Shown in pieces: positions 19,614-27,866 of a DNA stretch of 64,000 bases. The DNA comes from a virus. The stretch's first letter is position 1. Each line of letters begins with the position of its first letter. Below the pieces are notes generated by a model. It was given only the letters and a program-made list of their open reading frames with translations, was not told the origin of the DNA and ran no database searches. The translations under genes and the position numbers were made by a program. The stretch lies in the IMG/VR virus record IMGVR_UViG_3300028549_002288; one strand, written 5' to 3'.

Positions 19614-19778
19614 CTATTTTTCTGTATTGTACTTCGAAAGTACCTTTAATTTTTCACTAACATCTAAGTTAATGTTGGTGAAAACCTCTTTGCCTTTTTC
19701 ACTATCGATGTGTTTGCTAATATAAACATTAGCAAGTGTCCAAATAACAAAAAGCGTAGCTACAATTTCTCGTTTCAT
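19614..19778 (-). CDS. Small protein with N-terminal hydrophobic segment, 54 aa (MKREIVATLFVIWTLANVYISK...)
   Basis: Manual translation; AAGGAG SD; own promoter motif at 19906-19916. Confidence 0.7.
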   Translation of the reverse strand: MKREIVATLFVIWTLANVYISKHIDSEKGKEVFTNINLDVSEKLKVLSKYNTEK

Positions 19779-20020
19779 CAATCTCCTTTTATATAAAATG
19801 ATGCTGGCGTTTTTCTTTATCGGCGTTCCCGCCGACGACGCGACAAAATTCTTCGTTAGTAATTGTTTATAAACAAATACTAACGTCCTTAATTACATCA
19901 ATATAATATGTGTATTGTGTTTTTTAACTATTCTATTTATTAAAAAAATAAATTAAATAATTATATTTCTTACTCTGAAATATACACGATATGTATTTAT
20001 AAAAATAAAAATAAGGTATT

Positions 20021-20295
20021 AATTAGCACCAGAGTAATCTGGTACTAATTAAACTATCGGCATCGGTTCGCGATCCCCAATGCTGAACTTGTCGAGGTCC
20101 TCTAGCCCGAAGGTTAGTCGGATCTCTTCCCCCTCATGCTCAGGGTCAGGGACGGTCAATAATATATTGACCGTGTCGATTACGACGACACCGCTCGCCG
20201 ACAATCTTGTCGGCGATTTTTCCGCCTTTAGATATACAAAGTGCTTTTCCTAACAGAAAAGCACTCTATCACTTTTAACATCAAATATGTGAATA
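20021..20295 (-). other. Promoter-to-terminator unit rich in hairpins: structured RNA or frameshifted small gene
   Basis: TATTCACATAT at 20285-20295; hairpins at 20240-65, 20195-216, 20152-74 and 20102-17 (cUUCGg on minus); terminator 20021-50 with a G.U pair only on the minus strand. Confidence 0.45.
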
Positions 20296-20388
20296 GAAAA
20301 AAAAATAAATTACCCAAAGCCGTGTAGGAACATAGATTGAACTTTAGTATCGGCCTGATTGAAATTTAAATTATTTTCCCCTATCGTA
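20293..20388. repeat. Terminase 3' end plus downstream tract, duplicated at 22867-22961
   Basis: 96 vs 95 bp; one substitution and one A-run indel. Confidence 0.95.
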
Positions 20389-22457
20389 TCCAAGAACTCC
20401 TTGACGTTAATATCGGTCACTGCGTTTCTCGGTAAATGAGATTTTAATTTCTCGATGCCTTCCATTATACGCCTATTAGCAAATTCACTATTTGTAGAAC
20501 TCAACATATCCTTAAGAGTTTTTATGCCATCTATTATGGAATTAAATATTCTGGCTCCTTCCTCATCACGTCCTATTTCAGCCACATCTGTTAAGAATCT
20601 TTTGTTCTTAAAAACATACTTATGCTTATTCTTAGCTTTAGATAAGAACCAGTATCCTAATAACCACGAAACGCATATGTCATCGTTTTTCTTATCAGGA
20701 TGATCTATTCTCCCGTCTTTATCTATAAGCGATAACAGTGCGTCGGATAACCCATTATAGTTAACAGACTTACCTATATATTTTATTGCCTTCCCTAAAT
20801 TATCACTACCGTATAATCTTACTCTGCTTTGTTTTGAATTTCCGCCGGAAGTAGCAAATCCTATTTTTTCCTTATGGCTAATGAAATAATCAGGGTCTCC
20901 GAATTTAAAGTTATAGGAGACATTATCAAAAGCCTCTGGGTTGATATCGTAATCATCAACTAACCAATTGAACATCTTTTCGAAAACATTTAGTCTATTA
21001 GCTTGCAATACTGACACTATATTCTCTGTCATAGTTACAGCATTTAACCTCTTTTCTATTATAAGAACACCGTGCTTAAACGCAACAAGCTTCTCTCCTA
21101 ACCAAAGAGCAAATTTTGCAGTATTTATTCTGTTGTATTCTCCAGCAGCTATAACCTCACCGGTTTGGGTATCCATTACTGTTAGTGCTAGAAAATCCCC
21201 ACCGGCTCCGTCGGATGTATCTAGCGTGAAGAGAACGTCCTCTCTCATATAGCTATTCATTCTTTGTTCATCAACAAACCATAGTAGCGTAAAACCATCT
21301 TCCGATATTTCTATATGTTTTGGGTCAGATATAGAAGATGTTAGTATATCCTGTTCTTCTTTTGTAAGAGGAGATCTTGAAGAACCATCCGACCATATAT
21401 TTAGCATATCTATCTCGGCCATTTGTCTAGAGTTACGTCCGAAATTTATCGTGTCTCTCCACTCTGCGTCTGTATATCCAAGTTGTCTATGGTTTACGTC
21501 TATTATAACTATAACAGACGGATCTTTTGACGCCTGTTCATATATTTTTTCTAACTCGTCCCTGTCTTTGGCATCAAAATGACTATACGTAAACTTAGGT
21601 CCGTTCTTATATATACTGTACATATAAGCGCCATCCCTATCGCTTTTCATCCCAACGGTAGATGAGTAAATAACTCCGGCAAATTGTCCGTTTCTTCTAG
21701 CCGCTTCTATAGCGGCTCTCATCCCGTTTATGGCTGTCGATATTATTATCTCAATGTTATCGGTATAACACGCCTCGTCAAAAACACTGAAGGGTAATGA
21801 AAGACCACGACCGACGTCCATAGCATTCGTCGGCGCACTTTGACCGACCGCTGTTTTTAACTCATTGGAAGTAAAGCCGATATTTAAACCAAGTTTATTA
21901 TCGCTATCTAACTTTGTCCTAAAATTTAAATACGACGGAACATACGAGAATATGTTTTTAAGTTTATCTATCGCCTCGAGCCTGTTCTCGTTCGACTTAG
22001 TTATGAAACCTATTTTACTGTGTTCGGATAGAAAACTCATATACGCGAACAATAAAATGTATATCGAAAACGACTTACCTGTTTGTCTTGGCTGTATTAA
22101 GAACAGCGTAAACCCTAAGAAGAAATTCCAATATAAAGCTATGTTAGCTATGTTTAGCCTAAACTCTTCCGGTAATGGTCCTGCCATAGGCGGTACCCTC
22201 ACGCATTCTCTAAATATGTACCACGGGTTCTCTTCGCATTCTATAGCTATAGCTATTTTTTGCTCTTTTGTTAGATGGTCTTCATCGAATACATCGATGT
22301 CCTTTAACGCAGGATTGTGTAACGCGAGAAAAAAATAGTAATTTTCAACACCGGCTAGTTTTAGCAACCTAGCTAATTTTTTAGCCGATTTATTTTTAGT
22401 ATTAACATGCGCTATTGCCAGTGGGTATTTTTTCCAATCGGCCTTAAAAAGTATCAA
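20310..22457 (-). CDS. terL: Terminase large subunit (phiKZ gp25-like)
   Basis: 715 aa; Walker A IQPRQTGKS, Walker B VFDEA, RNase H-like nuclease LDTSDG and DD in KKNDDICV. Confidence 0.92.
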   Translation of the reverse strand: MILFKADWKKYPLAIAHVNTKNKSAKKLARLLKLAGVENYYFFLALHNPALKDIDVFDEDHLTKEQKIAIAIECEENPWYIFRECVRVPPMAGPLPEEFRLNIANIALYWNFFLGFTLFLIQPRQTGKSFSIYILLFAYMSFLSEHSKIGFITKSNENRLEAIDKLKNIFSYVPSYLNFRTKLDSDNKLGLNIGFTSNELKTAVGQSAPTNAMDVGRGLSLPFSVFDEACYTDNIEIIISTAINGMRAAIEAARRNGQFAGVIYSSTVGMKSDRDGAYMYSIYKNGPKFTYSHFDAKDRDELEKIYEQASKDPSVIVIIDVNHRQLGYTDAEWRDTINFGRNSRQMAEIDMLNIWSDGSSRSPLTKEEQDILTSSISDPKHIEISEDGFTLLWFVDEQRMNSYMREDVLFTLDTSDGAGGDFLALTVMDTQTGEVIAAGEYNRINTAKFALWLGEKLVAFKHGVLIIEKRLNAVTMTENIVSVLQANRLNVFEKMFNWLVDDYDINPEAFDNVSYNFKFGDPDYFISHKEKIGFATSGGNSKQSRVRLYGSDNLGKAIKYIGKSVNYNGLSDALLSLIDKDGRIDHPDKKNDDICVSWLLGYWFLSKAKNKHKYVFKNKRFLTDVAEIGRDEEGARIFNSIIDGIKTLKDMLSSTNSEFANRRIMEGIEKLKSHLPRNAVTDINVKEFLDTIGENNLNFNQADTKVQSMFLHGFG

Positions 22458-22517
22458 CTTCTTTCCTTTTTTTAAATAATATTAATCAAAGAAAAAAATA
22501 ATATTAGAACTGGATTC

Positions 22518-22823
22518 TTAATCCAGTTCTAAAAATCTTTTTATTTCGTCGGGAGAGTTAATAAATAACTCTATCAACGATTCATTCACAAGCTGAACAA
22601 GCTTGTTATCACTTGGTAGGTTTAATTTACCAAAGTGACCGTTAATTGCAAAAGAGTTTATTTCTTCTACATAGAAAATAAACTCTTTTGTTTTTATAAT
22701 TATACATCCGTTACTAATTAACGGTTCTGGCGGCGTATCTGACCGCAACTCCACAATATTATTATTATTATTCTTAATCATATTAATGATTAGAGAACAA
22801 TCAGGCAGTGTCGATACTAACAT
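22518..22823 (-). CDS. Hypothetical protein (101 aa), accessory cassette
   Basis: AAGGAG SD; 13-bp stem hairpin 22504-22532 over the stop. Confidence 0.75.
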   Translation of the reverse strand: MLVSTLPDCSLIINMIKNNNNNIVELRSDTPPEPLISNGCIIIKTKEFIFYVEEINSFAINGHFGKLNLPSDNKLVQLVNESLIELFINSPDEIKRFLELD

Positions 22824-22869
22824 GTCTTACTCCTTATTTTTTTATTTTCATTTATATCATATGCGGATA
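22816..22869 (-). promoter_or_regulatory. Putative early promoter + SD + start, 48 bp identical to 10241-10288
   Basis: Direct sequence identity; motif TATCCGCATAT at 22859-22869. Confidence 0.75.
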
Positions 22870-22961
22870 GAAAAAAAATAAATTACCCAAAGCCGTGTAG
22901 GAACATAGATTGAACTTTAGTATCGGCCTGATTGAAATTTAAATTATTTTCGCCTATCGTA
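22867..22961. repeat. Second copy of terminase 3' end (non-coding remnant)
   Basis: Matches 20293-20388; abuts the hairpin at 22961. Confidence 0.95.
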
Positions 22962-22999
22962 GTAAATACGAAGTCCTATTTCAGGACTTCGTATTTACT
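22961..22999 (-). terminator. 17-bp stem hairpin overlapping stop of the 335-aa gene
   Basis: agtaaatacgaagtcct-atttc-aggacttcgtatttact. Confidence 0.75.
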
Positions 23000-23983
23000 T
23001 TTAAGTGCTTTGAAGCGAAGTAGAAAATCCTCTTCGTTTCGTTTAAGATGTTTGTTTAGCTGAAGCATTTTATAAAACCCTGTCATGTTGAAGGATTTGC
23101 CTGATAACGATATATATACCATTGCCAAAAACACAGGAATGTTAGTCAGCGCCATCTTTACGATGTCGTCCCTATTCCAACCTATCCACGACTGTGCTAA
23201 TAAATCTGATAAAATTCCAGTATTTAATTCCTTCAAGGCTATATTGTTTATGTTCGATTTGAACACGGCCATTGTTTCTTCTAACAGATATTTATTTTCA
23301 AGATCAATATCTGCTCCATTGATTACAAGCTTCACTATGTCATTATTAGGATACCATTTATGCAGGAAAGTCATCTTGTAGTAATTAAGATCCGAATTTT
23401 TCAACGACTGGTTCTTTCCTAACAATTCTAACGATATCCGCTGTGTCATTAAGTAGTAATAAAATTCCATACACGAAGTTATTACTAATTCCTCTTGGGG
23501 GGTAGTCGTAGTTCTTTTTATGATATTAAAACTAACCCATTTTCCGAATATTTTAATAGCATCGTCTTTGATATTACCAATGGTGTTCTTGGCTGTTATC
23601 ATGTCAAGCATTTGAAACGCTGTTATCATTTGAAATTCGTACAAATGCCTATCCCTGACGTACTCATAAATATTCATGTCGTTAGGACTTTTTGTTTTGA
23701 TGTCCCTTTTATAACTCTCCTTGATGTTACTTCTAATATCTATAACCACATACCTTGTGTCGGCTAATGTAACCAGCAACGGCATTTCTATAGGCTTATC
23801 CAATTCTGCGTTTTTGTCCGTCACGAAGTAAAAAGAAAATCCCGCTCCGGCGACATTGGCGAATTGTGGTTTATAATAATAGCTGCCGATTATTTCTGTA
23901 AGCTTTGTTTTTAGCCTAGCTATGTCTTTCCTAAGCGGTTCCCAAAAGTAACCTTCGTACGGTTCGATGTAATTATCATTCAT
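22976..23983 (-). CDS. Conserved phiKZ-like protein, probably virion structural (335 aa)
   Basis: W.G.NR..IV.MAL...P.FLAMVY..L motif recalled from a phiKZ-family protein. Confidence 0.55.
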   Translation of the reverse strand: MNDNYIEPYEGYFWEPLRKDIARLKTKLTEIIGSYYYKPQFANVAGAGFSFYFVTDKNAELDKPIEMPLLVTLADTRYVVIDIRSNIKESYKRDIKTKSPNDMNIYEYVRDRHLYEFQMITAFQMLDMITAKNTIGNIKDDAIKIFGKWVSFNIIKRTTTTPQEELVITSCMEFYYYLMTQRISLELLGKNQSLKNSDLNYYKMTFLHKWYPNNDIVKLVINGADIDLENKYLLEETMAVFKSNINNIALKELNTGILSDLLAQSWIGWNRDDIVKMALTNIPVFLAMVYISLSGKSFNMTGFYKMLQLNKHLKRNEEDFLLRFKALKSKYEVLK

Positions 23984-24037
23984 GATATGTTCCTTTTATT
24001 CTTTTCACTGAAATAAAAAAGGGAGAAGGAGGTTTGT

Positions 24038-24295
24038 ATGGCAATATTCAACATAAAAGAATACATAGCTATAGCAGGTGGCGTTAAGGGACACTACATG
24101 ACAGATTGGGAAGTTTATCTTGACAGAGAGATGACAGTTCTTATAGCTAGTAATTTATGTTCGCGTAAAGACCTGTTAGAATGGATAGTTACACTGAGAC
24201 ACCCAAGTGGTAGGCTTCTCGATGACGCTGATATGGTTTTTCCACGAGCTAGGATTTATGTTGGAAAAACAATATCAGCGTGGTATAATTTTTAG
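24038..24295 (+). CDS. Hypothetical protein (85 aa)
   Basis: GGAGG SD; ends at the hairpin 24295-24323. Confidence 0.7.
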   Translation: MAIFNIKEYIAIAGGVKGHYMTDWEVYLDREMTVLIASNLCSRKDLLEWIVTLRHPSGRLLDDADMVFPRARIYVGKTISAWYNF

Positions 24296-24323
24296 GATAT
24301 GTTTGGCAGTGCCAAACATATCC
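24295..24323. terminator. 14-bp inverted repeat between convergent genes
   Basis: ggatatgtttggca-g-tgccaaacatatcc. Confidence 0.75.
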
Positions 24324-24330
24324 GTTTCGA

Positions 24331-24705
24331 CTAAGACTTTTTTATATTTTCTAAAAAAGTCTTACTGTGCTCATTGAGCGCATCGTCGAGAGGAGAAAAA
24401 GTGGCTTTGTACGATAGCGTAACATCGCTCCCTTTACGCTGGTAACCAGTTTTGAATCTCCCGACATCCGCTATATGATAATGCTCGGAGAAGTTTCCGT
24501 CTTTTTGCGAACTTCTTTCGTATAGTCCGCTTTTCACTTTAAAGTCGAATTCAACTAGGGCTCTTTGCCCTTCCGCAATAGCTGGTCTCGTTACTCGTGG
24601 AAATTTTTCCACAAGGAACGCTTCAAACTCTTTCGTCCTGTCAACTTTCGTCGATTTTTCTATGGCTTCCTTTACCATATCTTTTTTATTATGAGGGTTA
24701 CTCAT
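24331..24705 (-). CDS. Hypothetical protein (124 aa)
   Basis: AAGGA SD; ORF track. Confidence 0.7.
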   Translation of the reverse strand: MSNPHNKKDMVKEAIEKSTKVDRTKEFEAFLVEKFPRVTRPAIAEGQRALVEFDFKVKSGLYERSSQKDGNFSEHYHIADVGRFKTGYQRKGSDVTLSYKATFSPLDDALNEHSKTFLENIKKS

Positions 24706-24764
24706 GTCTATCCTTTTTTTAACGATAACCTCTTATTTGATATTACAACAATAGAGGACAGCTT

Positions 24765-24995
24765 ATGACAATCGCGGATTATCATTCAGCACGCATAGCG
24801 CTTGAATTAAACGACTACCAAACCAAACCAGTTCCGATACATGAACAGAGATTTACAAATTTCGTACGTCTTTCGTCACAACTGCAAATTACAGAAACAT
24901 CCGAAGTCGGTAAAATGTTAATACTGAACAGTTCCTGTTCTCTATACTATAATAAAATAGAGTCATTTAATTTTAACATTGGACTAAACAATTAG
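24765..24995 (+). CDS. Hypothetical protein (76 aa)
   Basis: GAGGA SD; 14-bp stem hairpin 24974-25005 over the stop. Confidence 0.65.
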   Translation: MTIADYHSARIALELNDYQTKPVPIHEQRFTNFVRLSSQLQITETSEVGKMLILNSSCSLYYNKIESFNFNIGLNN

Positions 24996-25026
24996 TCCAA
25001 TGTTATTATATATAGACAGATTATTT

Positions 25027-26187
25027 TTATATAGGTCTTCTGCCTCCTCCTCCTCTGTTTCTAGTAGAGCCATAGGGGCCTACTTGTCCTCCTCTCGGAT
25101 CTGAACACATATGTTCTTTTACGAGATCGAGAATAGACGTATTACCTTGCTGGGCTCTATACCTATTCGTCACGACGTTTTCGTTAGTTACTCGAGGAGC
25201 AGTATCATTACGATAGTCGCGATAGTCGGTTCTTTCAACAGCTGGTCTTTCCGAAATAGTCAATGCGGATCCTCCTTTGTTTATGTTCGTTAAAGAGTTC
25301 TGAATCCGCGACATAAAGTTGTCTGGTCCGCCACCTGACGATAGTTTATTTAGTTTCAATGCATGGTCTGACATTGCGTCTAAAAAAGACGAAACATCAA
25401 CATTGGCCATATCTGTAAGTCCACTTAGAAACTCGTCATCGTGCGGAATATTTTCCGCCATCTTGGCTAGTTCCTTTAGTACATACGAATAGGCGTTCGT
25501 TAACGACACAAACGCTGGAGAATTGGCGTTGCTCGAAGCCATGATGACGTTTTTATCGTCGGGGTCCAACTTCAGAAGACTTGGTATGCCTTCTACAAAC
25601 GAGGTAGCTATCGCCTCGTCGGTTTTTGTCAAGCCTAACGTGCCTATAATTTTTGGATTTATATCCAGAATGCTATAGAACAAGCATCCTTTCAGATACG
25701 TTTTGTTTCCGTAAAATACGTCAGCTTTCACTGACAAATTGAAAATACCACCGCCTTCCATGGAAATCAGCTTAAGCGGGATCTTTGACGATCCCTTAGT
25801 GAATTTGACAATCCTGTTGTCAAATATTCGTTTATCAAACCGCATCGCGGTCTGATAACTATTTTCGTCGTCCTTATTTGTTCTAAAGACGATATACGCT
25901 AACAATAATTTTGTTAACGCGGTGTTGATTGTGACGTTAGCCACGGCCAACAACATATCTATCGTAGGGCTTTTTACTTCCCCTACCTTATCCCGAAAAG
26001 GAATAAACCAGAAATACTTTTCCTCGTCTATTCCTTCGGAGATATTTTCCTCTAAAGGCACCTTAAAATACTTACCGCTTACTTTCAGCGGCACATCGAA
26101 GGCGACAATTCTGCCTTCATTGTCTGTCGATAACCCAAACATCTTAAATATGTTTTGGAAATCTTCCTCTATTATCTTTTTTTTCAT
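25027..26187 (-). CDS. phiKZ gp70-like conserved protein (386 aa) with RG-rich C-terminal tail
   Basis: N-terminal PL.V.GK...VP...I......WFIP.....SP pattern and position after the gp68/gp69-like genes. Confidence 0.5.
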   Translation of the reverse strand: MKKKIIEEDFQNIFKMFGLSTDNEGRIVAFDVPLKVSGKYFKVPLEENISEGIDEEKYFWFIPFRDKVGEVKSPTIDMLLAVANVTINTALTKLLLAYIVFRTNKDDENSYQTAMRFDKRIFDNRIVKFTKGSSKIPLKLISMEGGGIFNLSVKADVFYGNKTYLKGCLFYSILDINPKIIGTLGLTKTDEAIATSFVEGIPSLLKLDPDDKNVIMASSNANSPAFVSLTNAYSYVLKELAKMAENIPHDDEFLSGLTDMANVDVSSFLDAMSDHALKLNKLSSGGGPDNFMSRIQNSLTNINKGGSALTISERPAVERTDYRDYRNDTAPRVTNENVVTNRYRAQQGNTSILDLVKEHMCSDPRGGQVGPYGSTRNRGGGGRRPI

Positions 26188-26202
26188 TTTTTTCCTTAAT
26201 CC

Positions 26203-27858
26203 TTAATATTGTTCTCTACTTATCGTCTCGTACGCACGGCCCATCACAGCCTTTACGTTTTCGTGGACCTCGCGTTTCCCGTCTATCCAGCAGGTATTCC
26301 TGCCAATTTTGGCATCAAACATAGACGGGATGATGTAGGTCATCTCTTCTCCGTTGTTTCTGTCTGATCGTTCTACTATTAAAAACGAGCGTCTATGAAC
26401 GAATATCATACACTCAACTATAACAGTTTCCTCATCGTAATCCCATTCGACCCCGGACAGCATTATGTCCCACACTGCTTTTTTCACAGCTGGAATGAAA
26501 TTCCAGAGCAGTTCGTTCTCCAACACTCTGTCATCAATGTTAGTATTGTTGCTGACGGTAAGAGCCCCGTCCTCATAGACGACATCTCTATTAGGATTAT
26601 TGCTAGCAATAATGGTGAACGATTTACCGTTCAGCTGACAGCGGTTCATTATCGCGCATATGTCCTCGTATAAACTTAGCGCGTCAAGCGCGTGCGTGTC
26701 CGTTCTATTGATATTATCGAAAGCGTTCGGTTCTCTTTCTAAAATATCTTCCATGGCATGAACCTGCTCGTCTGAATCGTCGTTAATGATAGGATCATAT
26801 ACTATATCGTATATACTATCAGAATGGGCCGATCCGAGAAGATCCTTTCCGGTGAAAGAATTTCGCATTCCTGTAGATCCAAACGCTTTTGTTACGTAAA
26901 GGAAATCTAAAGACTCTAGGTCTGGTCCCCTCAACGCGCTTTCTGTCGCTACCGAGCTAAAAAATCTATCTTGTTTAGTTACTTTTCTCTTTGGAAAAGA
27001 GAATCCTCCGGTTCCGTTATATATATCGTCGTCATTATAGGACCGGTATTTCCAGTCCTTAATTTGCGTGGCTAATGTGGTAGAACTACCATATCGCGTT
27101 TTATTGTACGCAGAGATAGCTTTTACCTCACTAGGAAAAATGACATTATCATCATCATTGTTTCCCGCCATGACCATGACATTGATAGTACGAAAAGCAT
27201 CGTCTATCTCCGCCACTTTTATATTCGCGCCGTCAAGCACGGAAGAGTCATCCTCGTGGACAAGGTTGACGACGTAGGTTCTCATTATGCCTTGGTCGTC
27301 ATGTTTATACACAATCATGGTGTTGATGTGGAACATAACGTCGGCAGGGTTTAATATCTCAATCCTACCTCCAGGTAAATGTTCTATATCGACACCGCCG
27401 GTTGTGTAGCCGAAAATGGCTATCTCCACGACGCTGTCGTCGTTGGATTTCTGCGTAGGCATCTCTGTGACCCAAAGACGGAACGCATATCTATCTTCAT
27501 CAACAGCTTCGTAGCCATCGAGCGACTTGAATGTAAGTTCGTCGAAGGCTCTCGTGTTTTTTCGAGTTAAAGCATCTTTTAAAGAGGATTCTGCTATAGC
27601 AGTTGGATCTCTATCCTTCTCTATCCCTTTCAGAAAATTATACATATTCATTTCGGATATTTCCGAATCTATGTCGCGCAAAGCAACGCTTTCGTTAAAT
27701 CTAGGCATAACCTCTAAAACAGCAGACACGGTTATAGTCTTTGTGTTTCTGTCATGGTTAGCGTTAATAGCCTCCCTACCTCTACCTGCTCTAGAGCTAC
27801 CTTTATCGAAACTTTTTTGATTGCTATTACCGTTTCGTGGTAAAATTGCTGGTCTCAT
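26203..27858 (-). CDS. picA: PicA-like protein (phiKZ gp69 family; phage-nucleus import factor in characterised members)
   Basis: 551 aa; R..FRL.V....FGYT..G...P.DVMFHIN segment resembles gp69 homologues; directly follows the gp68-like gene. Confidence 0.55.
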   Translation of the reverse strand: MRPAILPRNGNSNQKSFDKGSSRAGRGREAINANHDRNTKTITVSAVLEVMPRFNESVALRDIDSEISEMNMYNFLKGIEKDRDPTAIAESSLKDALTRKNTRAFDELTFKSLDGYEAVDEDRYAFRLWVTEMPTQKSNDDSVVEIAIFGYTTGGVDIEHLPGGRIEILNPADVMFHINTMIVYKHDDQGIMRTYVVNLVHEDDSSVLDGANIKVAEIDDAFRTINVMVMAGNNDDDNVIFPSEVKAISAYNKTRYGSSTTLATQIKDWKYRSYNDDDIYNGTGGFSFPKRKVTKQDRFFSSVATESALRGPDLESLDFLYVTKAFGSTGMRNSFTGKDLLGSAHSDSIYDIVYDPIINDDSDEQVHAMEDILEREPNAFDNINRTDTHALDALSLYEDICAIMNRCQLNGKSFTIIASNNPNRDVVYEDGALTVSNNTNIDDRVLENELLWNFIPAVKKAVWDIMLSGVEWDYDEETVIVECMIFVHRRSFLIVERSDRNNGEEMTYIIPSMFDAKIGRNTCWIDGKREVHENVKAVMGRAYETISREQY

Positions 27859-27866
27859 ACTGCCCC

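Noticed and set aside
20050-20120. tRNA-like fragment (GGTTCG...CCCCA)
   Set aside because: No cloverleaf, D-arm or anticodon arm could be built on either strand.
5646-22457. Introns or inteins in the RNAP and terminase genes
   Set aside because: The ORFs are uninterrupted, of expected size, and show no intein or homing-endonuclease motifs.
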